Of a stretch of 64,000 bases of DNA, positions 50,410-59,733 are shown piece after piece (the first letter of the stretch is position 1; each line of letters opens with the position of its first letter). The stretch is from a virus (taxonomy: Duplodnaviria; Caudoviricetes). The notes beneath the pieces were generated by a model, which had not been told where the DNA came from, did not search any database, and saw only the letters and a list, made by a program, of their open reading frames with translations. The position numbers and the translations under genes were made by a program. The stretch lies in IMG/VR virus record IMGVR_UViG_3300008259_002461. One strand, given 5' to 3'.

Positions 50410-51629
50410 TTCCAGTCTAGATTATAATGCCAAGTTGGTTTTTTTAAAGTTTCCATATTAGTAATTTTAAAATCTTTACTAATTCCCAATGTCTTTAAAT
50501 TTTCTACAAATCCAACTGCGGCCCTAATATTAAAATTAATTGTACATTCAGGAACTTTTTCTTTTAATGAATTAATAATTTCATTTTCTTTGTGTACCCT
50601 ATAGTACAACGGTGACAAACATGCTGTACCTTCGTAGCAAAAAATATTTGATAAATTAATTAACGTAGTTGAATTATGCTCTGCGTTGATGTAATCTATA
50701 AGATTATTTTCTAATAGTAAATCGGCTTTTACAAATATATACTCAATATTATTCTTTTGTTGAATTTTGTTCTTCCAGTAGTTTAAAGCATTATCATTGT
50801 AATCATAAACAACGATTCGACCCTCGTCAATTAAATCAGTATAAAGTAGACCACTAGCTGGAATAATTAATTGTGTAAATTTTTTATTAACATTGCTATG
50901 TTCTTCGGTATTTTCTGTATGAATAAATTCAGATGCTGCATACTTTTCTCGAAAGTATACCCAATTAAGATTTTCTAAAAAGTCTTTTTTAGATTCTGGA
51001 TAAAGATGTTTTTTGTTATGTCTAATATCGTTATTAAATATTTTAACAGGCAGATTATATGTAAGTGCTAAACTTAATATATTCCATCCGTGACATTTAT
51101 GATCATATGATTTAGTTTGATATCCAGTTTTAACCCAAATAGGTGTATAATCATCGTGTATATTTTCTACACTTCTTTCTGGAATCACTTGAGTATGTTT
51201 AGTACCAAGCTCTAATTGACCAATTGCTGGACAACCTAATTTACGATATATTTCTAAATTTATTAGATAACACTGATTGTGCAGTTCATAATATGCGGTA
51301 CCTCTATCTAGAATATGTCCATAGATAAAAAAATCGTCTTTGATAAGATCTTCTAATGAATTAAAAAACTCACTTCCGTTAATAAATTCTGTCCCAGTAC
51401 TAAAGACAAGAGCATAGGTATAATCTAAATTTGCTACATGTTGTAATACAGTATCCTCATTTAAAGACTGATATACATCATAATTTTTATTTAGTACATT
51501 TGATAATGTATAATCAGACTGATTTTTTATAATTTCCTTACAAAAATTATCTTGTATCTGATTAGTATTATCTATAAAACAAAATGCAATCTTATTAGAA
51601 GAATTATAATTGTACTCAACTACATTCAT
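50406..51629 (-). CDS. Hypothetical protein
   Basis: 407 aa, ATGA-coupled to the upstream radical SAM gene; no confident motif. Confidence 0.7.
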   Translation of the reverse strand: MNVVEYNYNSSNKIAFCFIDNTNQIQDNFCKEIIKNQSDYTLSNVLNKNYDVYQSLNEDTVLQHVANLDYTYALVFSTGTEFINGSEFFNSLEDLIKDDFFIYGHILDRGTAYYELHNQCYLINLEIYRKLGCPAIGQLELGTKHTQVIPERSVENIHDDYTPIWVKTGYQTKSYDHKCHGWNILSLALTYNLPVKIFNNDIRHNKKHLYPESKKDFLENLNWVYFREKYAASEFIHTENTEEHSNVNKKFTQLIIPASGLLYTDLIDEGRIVVYDYNDNALNYWKNKIQQKNNIEYIFVKADLLLENNLIDYINAEHNSTTLINLSNIFCYEGTACLSPLYYRVHKENEIINSLKEKVPECTINFNIRAAVGFVENLKTLGISKDFKITNMETLKKPTWHYNLDWN

Positions 51630-52627
51630 TTTTTATAAAATTTAATAGGCAAAACATTTTCTTCGGTCAATATTACTTCATTTTGAGATGACGGACACAT
51701 TGAACATTCACTAATTGGTTTATACTTAGAAATAGAAAAATTTTCTACTTCTTCGTCAGTACAATTAGTTAAGTCAAGAGGTTTGTATGCTAAAAATTTC
51801 TGCCATTCTTCGTCGTCGACTGCATTATGTCTTTCTAAAAAGTTTTTTAAAGTTCCTAATGCTGCACACTTATAAAGTTTTTTATTATACATAAATGTAC
51901 AGTAACAACTTGGACAGTTACCATAATAAGCCTTTTCAATATCCGTTGAGTTAAACGGTTTTGGTTTATTATCTTTCATGTAAAAATGTTTTAGATGGGA
52001 ATCTTGATCAATTGAAAGTACACCGTACTGGCCGTTCCACCAAAAGTCATCATCAGGCGGAATTGGTGATTTATTTTCTATAGCACAATAAGCATTATGT
52101 CTATAGTCCTTAACATCAATCCAATAATTCCTCCAACCATCAGTAGAGTCGTACATCATCTTTGACCAAAAATTCTCACTAGGAAGTTTTTGAATATCAA
52201 GTTTTTCTGTTAACACTTCAACGGCAGCTTTTATTCTATTTGATCGAGTCTTATCTTCAAATTGAATAAAGTGATCACTAACTAATATCATAACTTTATA
52301 CTTAACAATAATATTAGATAAGAAGTCTATGTTCTTATCGATAAGTTCGCCATTAGTTGGAATCCATACTGGTGTAGTTTGATCAAAGCTTCTAATAAAT
52401 TCTAGGAGTGATTCAATTCTGTCTTTGTATAACAGTGGTTCACCGCCTAGTAAACTATAGTGTTCAATATGAAACTTTTCTTTAGTTAACAGAATTCCTT
52501 CTTTGATTGTTTCAAGGTCAGGATCATGTTCTCCTTTTCTAATCAAGTCACTACGTGTATCACACTGTTGGCAGGCAATTTGACATTTATTGCCGTAAAA
52601 AATATCAAAAACTTTAAGATTGGGCAT
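51626..52627 (-). CDS. Radical SAM enzyme (#13, paralogue of 53404)
   Basis: Start refined to ATG 52627 (AGGA SD); CQIACQQC, LGGEP, PTNG, YKC...CSMCP. Confidence 0.88.
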   Translation of the reverse strand: MPNLKVFDIFYGNKCQIACQQCDTRSDLIRKGEHDPDLETIKEGILLTKEKFHIEHYSLLGGEPLLYKDRIESLLEFIRSFDQTTPVWIPTNGELIDKNIDFLSNIIVKYKVMILVSDHFIQFEDKTRSNRIKAAVEVLTEKLDIQKLPSENFWSKMMYDSTDGWRNYWIDVKDYRHNAYCAIENKSPIPPDDDFWWNGQYGVLSIDQDSHLKHFYMKDNKPKPFNSTDIEKAYYGNCPSCYCTFMYNKKLYKCAALGTLKNFLERHNAVDDEEWQKFLAYKPLDLTNCTDEEVENFSISKYKPISECSMCPSSQNEVILTEENVLPIKFYKK

Positions 52628-53360
52628 TATATTCCTTTTTATAACTTCTAGCAACGAGTTTAGTAAACTCACTTGTTTTATTTTCTAATTTACCGTGCGC
52701 AATTAAATGTATCCTAGACGTGTTAGATAAATTTATTACGCTATGATAATTTCTAATATTTATGATAAATGCTTTTCCGGTTTTAAATGGAACACATCCG
52801 TAACCGTCCAAGCTCATATAACATTCTTCTGGATGTACTAATGCTATGTTTATGGGAACTCCAAATTTGAGAGCATCAAAGTTTTCTTCACCAGGTAATT
52901 TACCAGGGGCATCACTATGCGGGCTAATATGCCCTCCTGCTTCCAATTCCATAAATCTTATTCTTCTATAAGTATCGTACGGAAAGTTCTTCCAAAATTC
53001 TTTAATTACAGGTGTTTTGGATGCTACCGGGGTCCAATCATATGGTACTTGATCTTCATGGGTGTAACCATACGAAGTCCATGCACCGGTGCTAGCCGCG
53101 TTTATACCGTGTATACAGCAACTATTCCACCCATGACTATCGCTTTCTCTATGAGGAACTAAATGTACTTTTGAATCCTCAGCTTCTTTAATCCATTTAT
53201 CAACATCAAACTCAATATCAAGTTCTAACCAACCAAAATTACTTTTGTTCAATAACCAATCTGCTATTTCATAATCAGTTTTCGCCCATTCAGGCATTTT
53301 AGGTAAGTTAGATTTTATATTTTTGTTTTTGTGATAAAAATCCAACGCAGTGGTATTCAT
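52614..53360 (-). CDS. Aspartyl/asparaginyl beta-hydroxylase-like Fe(II)/2OG oxygenase
   Basis: IRFMELEAGGHISPHSD...YHSVINLSNTSRIHLI. Confidence 0.8.
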   Translation of the reverse strand: MNTTALDFYHKNKNIKSNLPKMPEWAKTDYEIADWLLNKSNFGWLELDIEFDVDKWIKEAEDSKVHLVPHRESDSHGWNSCCIHGINAASTGAWTSYGYTHEDQVPYDWTPVASKTPVIKEFWKNFPYDTYRRIRFMELEAGGHISPHSDAPGKLPGEENFDALKFGVPINIALVHPEECYMSLDGYGCVPFKTGKAFIINIRNYHSVINLSNTSRIHLIAHGKLENKTSEFTKLVARSYKKEYNAQS

Positions 53361-53387
53361 GTCATTAACCTAGTATTTTATATCTTG

Positions 53388-53399
53388 TATTTATAAATA
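53388..53399. promoter_or_regulatory. Palindromic bidirectional T4 late consensus TATTTATAAATA
   Basis: Perfect 12-bp palindrome giving TATAAATA on both strands, between divergent genes 53360(-) and 53404(+). Confidence 0.7.
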
Positions 53400-53403
53400 G
53401 TTT

Positions 53404-54237
53404 ATGAACACAAAAATAAAAATCCCACATCTTGAGTGGCATGTTGCTCATGCTTGTAATCTATCTTGTAAAGGTTGTTGCCATCTTTCTGATTATGGGC
53501 AAAAAGGAATAGTTAGTTATAATGAGATCAAAGACTGGTATTCAAAATGGAGTCATAGACTAGCACCAAAATCAATAGACATTTTAGGGGGAGAACCTTT
53601 ATTAAACAAAGATATCTGTAAAATTATTTCTTTAACAAGAGAAATGTGGGATGATCCGTATCTAGAACAATTACAATTAACAACTAACGGACTTTTAATT
53701 CACAAATTTCCAGATTTACCTAAAGTATTAAAAGATTCTAATTGTTCTATTTCAGTGTCTTGGCATAGTGAAGATCCAAGTTATAATAAATTGTTTGATA
53801 AATCTAAAAACATTTTAAATGAATGGGTAGAAAAATACGGAATCCAAGTTCGTATACTAGATTTTTATAATTATTGGACTCCATTTTATAAAGGTTACGG
53901 TAGCACTATGGAACCGTTTAACGAAGAAAACTTTGAAAAAAGTTGGGATAATTGTATAACGGGACAAGATTGTTTTCAGATATATAATGGCGATATTTAT
54001 AAATGCTCAAATTTAGCGTACTTGCCTATGACTAAACAAAAAATTAATCTTTCAGAGAATTGGGATTATTATCTAAGTTATGTTCCACTAAAGCCGGAAG
54101 CTTCGGACAATGAAATTACAGAGTTTTTTAATAAAGGTGCAGAAAAATTTTGTAGTATGTGTCCCAATTCAGTTGAAATGATTAAAAAACCAGATCCTTT
54201 AAAATTTCGTAAACAAATACTGATGAAGAAAATTTGA
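53404..54237 (+). CDS. Radical SAM enzyme (#14, paralogue of 51626)
   Basis: CNLSCKGC, LGGEP, TTNG, YKC...CSMCP. Confidence 0.9.
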   Translation: MNTKIKIPHLEWHVAHACNLSCKGCCHLSDYGQKGIVSYNEIKDWYSKWSHRLAPKSIDILGGEPLLNKDICKIISLTREMWDDPYLEQLQLTTNGLLIHKFPDLPKVLKDSNCSISVSWHSEDPSYNKLFDKSKNILNEWVEKYGIQVRILDFYNYWTPFYKGYGSTMEPFNEENFEKSWDNCITGQDCFQIYNGDIYKCSNLAYLPMTKQKINLSENWDYYLSYVPLKPEASDNEITEFFNKGAEKFCSMCPNSVEMIKKPDPLKFRKQILMKKI

Positions 54238-55442
54238 TTATGAAACAAGGAAGATTAATAAACTTTGAATTACTGTGGGATACTGACCTAAGCGTCAATG
54301 TTGTATTACCAAAACTACTTGAATTAGAATTTCAAGAAGCAGTAGCTGACGGAGTAACTACCATTTTTGGAATGTTTTTAATGGAGGGAATTTATCCGCA
54401 TGATTGTCATAATCAACAACTGTTTTTAGAAATTAAAAAAATAGCTGACAAATACAATTTAGAAGTTATTCTATTGTCAGGCCTTGGAGAAAGTTTTAAC
54501 AATCAGTATAGTATAGAAAATGGTAGTATTTTAAACAATCTTCCATTTGAGGTAATATACTCATCATATCCTTTAAGAGTATGTTACAACATCATTAATA
54601 ATATTCCTAGAAAATCAAAAACTATCAATAATAAGTTTTTATTCTTAGGTGGAATTCCTACTAGATTAAATAGAATTTATTTATTAAGTAAGTTGTATGA
54701 AAACAATCTTTTAATAAATGGTAAATGGTCATTTTTTATTCCGTTATCCCAAGAAGATAAAAATTATTGCAGAAATTTATTATCACATTATTCAGATGAA
54801 GAGTACGAAACTTTTTTAAAAAACTGTACTAGCTCAATAGATGAAAAATATCAAGAAATGGCTAACTTTTTTCAAGACTATGCACCGTACGAAGAAGGCG
54901 ATCTTGAAAAGTGGGGCGAAATAGTTCATACTGATTTTTGGAAAAATCCTATATACATAGATCCTGAAGTTTACGATGAAACTTCGTTAAGTATAATTTC
55001 TGAAGGTCCAAATTATTGGTCGCCTGATTATAAATTTATTACAGAAAAAACATGGCGGACAATAATTTATAAGCATCCTTTTATATTTGCAGGCCCGCCT
55101 GAACAGTTTAGATATATTAAACAAATGGGATTTGAAACATTTGAAAAATATATGCTTATTCAAAATTATGCACAGGTGGAAGATGAAAAAGAAAGAATTG
55201 AATTGATTGTTAAAAATGTAGAACATTTTTTAAAACACCAAACTTATCATCAAAAAGAAATACAACAAGATATTGAACATAATTTTAACTTATTCTTAAA
55301 ACTAGCCAATGATCAAAATTGTCTACTAACATCTTTAAAATCAAAATACAATATTCCTGATGCTGAGTTTTCAAAATTTTTTAGTACAACCGGCTATGAA
55401 AATTTGATTAGGCCCGTTGCCGACCTCAAAAAATTAGGCTAG
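54234..55442 (+). CDS. Putative glycosyltransferase (GT10/fucosyltransferase-like motif)
   Basis: SIISEG...FITEKTW...HPFIFAG...GFETF resembles the GT10 ENS...YITEK region; near-duplicate of 56406. Confidence 0.45.
   Translation: MIMKQGRLINFELLWDTDLSVNVVLPKLLELEFQEAVADGVTTIFGMFLMEGIYPHDCHNQQLFLEIKKIADKYNLEVILLSGLGESFNNQYSIENGSILNNLPFEVIYSSYPLRVCYNIINNIPRKSKTINNKFLFLGGIPTRLNRIYLLSKLYENNLLINGKWSFFIPLSQEDKNYCRNLLSHYSDEEYETFLKNCTSSIDEKYQEMANFFQDYAPYEEGDLEKWGEIVHTDFWKNPIYIDPEVYDETSLSIISEGPNYWSPDYKFITEKTWRTIIYKHPFIFAGPPEQFRYIKQMGFETFEKYMLIQNYAQVEDEKERIELIVKNVEHFLKHQTYHQKEIQQDIEHNFNLFLKLANDQNCLLTSLKSKYNIPDAEFSKFFSTTGYENLIRPVADLKKLG
54999..55120 (+). repeat. Degenerate direct duplication, copy 1 (copy 2 at +2160 bp)
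   Basis: Identical blocks TCTGAAGGTCCAAATT, ATTACAGAAAAAACATGGCG, CATCCTTTTATATTTGC and TTTAGATATATTAA recur colinearly at 57159-57280. Confidence 0.8.
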
Positions 55443-55474
55443 CATCATATTCGTAGTTATCAATAGTGTATGGT

Positions 55475-55482
55475 TATAAATA
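55475..55482 (+). promoter_or_regulatory. T4 late consensus TATAAATA
   Basis: Exact match in the 68-bp gap before ATG 55511. Confidence 0.6.
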
Positions 55483-55510
55483 AGTTTATGACTATATCTG
55501 TTAGACTATC

Positions 55511-56425
55511 ATGAAAAATAATTACGATAAACGGCATCTTCCTTTTGGACATTCTACAGCTATACAAGACAAAGAAACATTATCTTTTATCAATAATTGT
55601 AGTATCTCAACACAAACATTAAACGATCAAACAATTAACGAACAATTCCTTAGCAAGTATGTAGAATGGATATTGACTACAACAAATAACAAAGTAACTG
55701 GTATTGATCAGTATCCATTCAAATGTTTTTCGCAAGGGACATCTGAAGCGTTTGAAAAATTTTATATGAATTATTCTCATAGAAGATTTCGATGTTTTAA
55801 AGGCGAGTATGTTTATCATAAATTAGCTTGGAGAGATGATAGATTTAATTGGAAATACTTAGAGGATGATGCGCTTGATGCCAATGACGTAGTAATAATT
55901 AGTCAACCTTTTTCTGATACAGGCGATCAGCATCCTTTACTTAATGATATTTTAGATCAATGTGACAAACTAAATATTCCTGTAGTACTTGATTGTTGCT
56001 ACTTTGGTATTTGTAGTAATATAAATTTTGATTTTACAAGACCTTGTATAAAAGAAATCATCTTTAGTTTATCTAAAACTTTTCCAGTAGCTCATATTAG
56101 AATAGGTATGCGTCTTTCAAGGATTGATAATGACGATTTGTTATTTGTGTATAACAAAAGTGGCTACACAAATAGATTAGCAGCAAGTATAGGACTTAAT
56201 CTTATTAATCATTTTGATTCTGACTACATAGTTAATAAGTATAAAAATAAACAAATTGAAATCTGTAAAAAATTAAATGTAACTCCTAGCAATACTGTGT
56301 TGTTTGGAATAGGCGGCTCTGAATGGCAGGAATACAATCGTGATAGAGCTACTAACAGATTAGGATTACATAATTTTTTACACATGGAAGATACAGAGTG
56401 CTTAGATGAATATGTCAAAATCTAA
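55511..56425 (+). CDS. PLP-dependent aminotransferase-like enzyme (class I/II fold)
   Basis: QGTSEAF, VVLDCCY, FSLSKTFPVAHIRIG matching the S.SK...RIG PLP-lysine motif. Confidence 0.8.
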   Translation: MKNNYDKRHLPFGHSTAIQDKETLSFINNCSISTQTLNDQTINEQFLSKYVEWILTTTNNKVTGIDQYPFKCFSQGTSEAFEKFYMNYSHRRFRCFKGEYVYHKLAWRDDRFNWKYLEDDALDANDVVIISQPFSDTGDQHPLLNDILDQCDKLNIPVVLDCCYFGICSNINFDFTRPCIKEIIFSLSKTFPVAHIRIGMRLSRIDNDDLLFVYNKSGYTNRLAASIGLNLINHFDSDYIVNKYKNKQIEICKKLNVTPSNTVLFGIGGSEWQEYNRDRATNRLGLHNFLHMEDTECLDEYVKI

Positions 56426-57593
56426 AATTATAAATTTTGAATGGATGTGTGATCACAATCATTACACCCATGAACAATTTGATAAAATTAAAACTGATTT
56501 AATTAAAAAAGACATTGATCAAGCCATAGATGAAAATGTTGATACTGTTGTAGGGCTTTATCTAATGGATGGGTTTTTACAACCTAAGTATAGATACAAA
56601 GAGTTTATTTTGCACCTAAACGAAATAAAAGATTATGCTTACAATGCTGGAATTAAAAAAATAATTCTAATAAGTGGCCATGGCGAAACATTAGATAATT
56701 GTCCCTTTGAATACCTGTTTTTAGATTTTAATCTTAGATTATTAATTAATAGCTATCCTGATCTAAATGTATTACCTAAATTCAATCCTGAAAATACAAA
56801 GTTTCTCTTTTTAACTGGCATGCCAAATAGACCTAATCGTATAGGTCTATTGAGCAAGTACTATGATAAAGATTTATTAGACACTGCTGAGTGGAGTTTT
56901 TTTGGCCCATGGACACCTATGGATCAATCTTGGTGTAGAGAATATCTTAAACATTATAGTGATGAACACTACAATACATTTTTAATTAATTGTGAAAGAT
57001 CTTTTGATAATAGATATGAAACGTGTAAGCCATTCTATGGATCGTATACTTCAACGGAAAATGCACCGCTATGGTATGATGTAGTTAATATTGACTGGGT
57101 TCAATTACCCAGTCATATTGATTCTAAAGTATATAGCGATACACTTTTTAGTGTTATATCTGAAGGTCCAAATTTTTGGTCTGAAGATTGGAGTTTCATT
57201 ACAGAAAAAACATGGCGAACTTTTTTACATCGTCATCCTTTTATATTTGCCGGGCACCCTGATCAATTTAGATATATTAAGAAACTTGGATTTAAAACAT
57301 TTGAAGAATATTTGTTAATCAAAGATTACGCCTATATTGAAGATGAAAATGAAAGACTAGATGCTGTAGTCAAAAATACAGAATACTTATTAAAAAATAT
57401 AAAAAATAATTTAGATGCTATAGAAAAAGACGTAGAATATAATTATCAAATGTATTTTAATCATGTAAACAATCAGGATAAAATTTTTAAATTCTTAAAG
57501 CACGATTTAAATGTTTCGTCAGATGATATCCAGCCATATGCTAATATCAAAGGTTATCCGTATCTCATTAGGAGAATACCTGATGGATTCTAA
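56406..57593 (+). CDS. Putative glycosyltransferase (GT10-like motif; paralogue of 54234)
   Basis: SVISEG...FITEKTW...HPFIFAG...GFKTF; KFLFLTGMPNRPNRI. Confidence 0.45.
   Translation: MNMSKSKIINFEWMCDHNHYTHEQFDKIKTDLIKKDIDQAIDENVDTVVGLYLMDGFLQPKYRYKEFILHLNEIKDYAYNAGIKKIILISGHGETLDNCPFEYLFLDFNLRLLINSYPDLNVLPKFNPENTKFLFLTGMPNRPNRIGLLSKYYDKDLLDTAEWSFFGPWTPMDQSWCREYLKHYSDEHYNTFLINCERSFDNRYETCKPFYGSYTSTENAPLWYDVVNIDWVQLPSHIDSKVYSDTLFSVISEGPNFWSEDWSFITEKTWRTFLHRHPFIFAGHPDQFRYIKKLGFKTFEEYLLIKDYAYIEDENERLDAVVKNTEYLLKNIKNNLDAIEKDVEYNYQMYFNHVNNQDKIFKFLKHDLNVSSDDIQPYANIKGYPYLIRRIPDGF
57159..57280 (+). repeat. Degenerate direct duplication, copy 2
   Basis: Colinear with 54999-55120. Confidence 0.8.
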
Positions 57594-58515
57594 ATGTGCA
57601 GCTTTCTGGAAACATACTAATGTTCGTAGCGATAACAAAATATTTCCCTGTTGTAGATTTAAGAATCCTGTAGATAATTTCAACGGCGATTTAATTCATA
57701 TATTAGAGTCCAGTGCATATAAAGAACTTAGAAAAAAAAGTTTAAACGGTGAATTTATCCAAGGTTGCGAAAAATGCTATTACGAAGATGCCAACGGTAG
57801 GCAAAGTCTTCGACAACGATTAAACAAAGAATATACTACTGACACAGTTGAATTAGAATTTTTAGAAATAGGGTTTGACAATATATGTAATTTAACCTGT
57901 GACGGATGCTGGAGTGATTTTAGTTCCGAGTGGAGTAAAAAACTTAACCCTACTGCAAACAAGATTACTCACTATCGTTCAGTTGATGAGATTGTTAAAG
58001 TTCCGTCTAGTATTAAAAAAATACTCTTTTTAGGCGGTGAACCTTTAATGACCAACCGGCATGAAAAGTTTTTAAAACTAATTGAAAATCCAGCAGCAGT
58101 TGAAATAATTTACAACACTAACGGAATGTTTTTGTTAAAAGAAGAATTTATTAATTTTTTACATCAGTTTAAATCGGTAAAATTTACGTTAAGTATTGAT
58201 GGGTACAAAGATCTAAATAACAAAGTTAGATCTGGAAGTAAGTGGGAAGATATTTTAAGTTTTATAGAACAGATATCTAAATCTAACTTTGATCTAGAAG
58301 TGAATACAGTGTTACATTTAAATAACTGGCACGGAATAAAGGAGCTTGAATCCTTTATACAACAATTAGGAGTACCGTGGATAGTAAATGTTTTAACATA
58401 TCCTACACATTTAGATATTTCTAATTTTGAACAAAAGGAACAAATTATTAATTTGATTAGCGAAACAAACATTCCAAATAAAACTTATGTCATTAACCAT
58501 CTATTACATAATTAA
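57583..58515 (+). CDS. Radical SAM enzyme with N-terminal twitch domain (#15)
   Basis: Start refined to ATG 57583 (AGGAG SD); KCAAFW...PCC...CEKC, CNLTCDGC, LGGEP, NTNG. Confidence 0.9.
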   Translation: MDSKCAAFWKHTNVRSDNKIFPCCRFKNPVDNFNGDLIHILESSAYKELRKKSLNGEFIQGCEKCYYEDANGRQSLRQRLNKEYTTDTVELEFLEIGFDNICNLTCDGCWSDFSSEWSKKLNPTANKITHYRSVDEIVKVPSSIKKILFLGGEPLMTNRHEKFLKLIENPAAVEIIYNTNGMFLLKEEFINFLHQFKSVKFTLSIDGYKDLNNKVRSGSKWEDILSFIEQISKSNFDLEVNTVLHLNNWHGIKELESFIQQLGVPWIVNVLTYPTHLDISNFEQKEQIINLISETNIPNKTYVINHLLHN

Positions 58516-58530
58516 TAAAAGGAGTTATTT

Positions 58531-59151
58531 ATGAGTTCAGAATTTTATCAGTATTTTGATTATCCAAATTGGTTAGAACATCAAAAAAAATTGTTAGCAT
58601 ATAGACAATTAAAGATGGCTGACATCGTAACTGACAATCAATCATGGGCTGCGTTAAACTATGATGAATTTTCTATGGATTTAAAAGATGTTATTGACGA
58701 TTATGCACAGCTTGGTCTATACATAAAACAGTTAATTTTTATATCTTTCCCCCCTACTGATTTAAATTCTACAGACATGAATGATCCAAAAACAATTTAT
58801 ATACATGTTGACAGTAAGGATGACGATGAACATTTGTTAAAGGAATCAGCTCCTACATTGTTTTCTCCAAGATATGTATTTAATATTCCATTAATAAATT
58901 GTGAAAACAGTACTACGTTTTTTTATGATTTTATAGATCCAAATAAACACACAAAAGACACTCATGTATATTTTGGAGGTTGTGTCGATTACAGTAATGT
59001 AGTTGAAGTGGATAAATTTACTCTTAACAAACCTGCATTTCTAAAAGTTAGTGTTCCCCATGCAGTGCATAATCCTACTGATAGTTTAAGAATTGTTTGT
59101 AGTATGCGTGTTGATGATAGTAGTCCATTACTAAAAAGGCTTTTCAAATGA
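58531..59151 (+). CDS. Putative Fe(II)/2OG oxygenase (cupin-type)
   Basis: AGGAG SD; IHVD...NIPL...PHAVHN...RIVCS. Confidence 0.6.
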   Translation: MSSEFYQYFDYPNWLEHQKKLLAYRQLKMADIVTDNQSWAALNYDEFSMDLKDVIDDYAQLGLYIKQLIFISFPPTDLNSTDMNDPKTIYIHVDSKDDDEHLLKESAPTLFSPRYVFNIPLINCENSTTFFYDFIDPNKHTKDTHVYFGGCVDYSNVVEVDKFTLNKPAFLKVSVPHAVHNPTDSLRIVCSMRVDDSSPLLKRLFK

Positions 59152-59723
59152 CATCAACTATAAGCTGTAAACGGTATATTGAATATAACAAGATTATTAG
59201 TGCTGTAGATTCAATGGCTAAAAAAGTTGCAGAATTTAGAGAAACTATGTCAAGTGATATGTACGACTTGACTCAAGTTGACCCGGCTCCTGATTTAACA
59301 GACATACATCCTAGAGATAGAAAAAATGTTAAAATTCTTTGCGGTGCTTTGCCCTTTGATGGAAAACCAAACTTAGGCAAACTATTAAAAGAAGAATCAG
59401 ATATACTAACAAATTTAAAAGGATATTCTGCTGGGTTTGTTTTCTTTATGACTCCAAATTCAATCTTACCATTACATGTACACGGCGAATATGTAGCGAA
59501 AGATTCAAACGATACAATAGGAGTTTGGAATGCCTGTTTTGGAATTACAGTACCGTCGACAGATTCTAACATGGTAGGTATAGAAGTAAACGGTGAAGTT
59601 TATTCTCATGGTCATAATGTAGATGTAACATTTGACCCACAAACACCGCATCAAGCATGGAACCACACTAACGAGTGGTGGACTATGTTAATCTTAAATA
59701 TTGATAAGAGATTTTTTATTTAA
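59148..59723 (+). CDS. AspH-like/cupin oxygenase
   Basis: MTPNSILPLHVH...FDPQTPHQAWN. Confidence 0.6.
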   Translation: MTSTISCKRYIEYNKIISAVDSMAKKVAEFRETMSSDMYDLTQVDPAPDLTDIHPRDRKNVKILCGALPFDGKPNLGKLLKEESDILTNLKGYSAGFVFFMTPNSILPLHVHGEYVAKDSNDTIGVWNACFGITVPSTDSNMVGIEVNGEVYSHGHNVDVTFDPQTPHQAWNHTNEWWTMLILNIDKRFFI

Positions 59724-59733
59724 AGGAAATATT

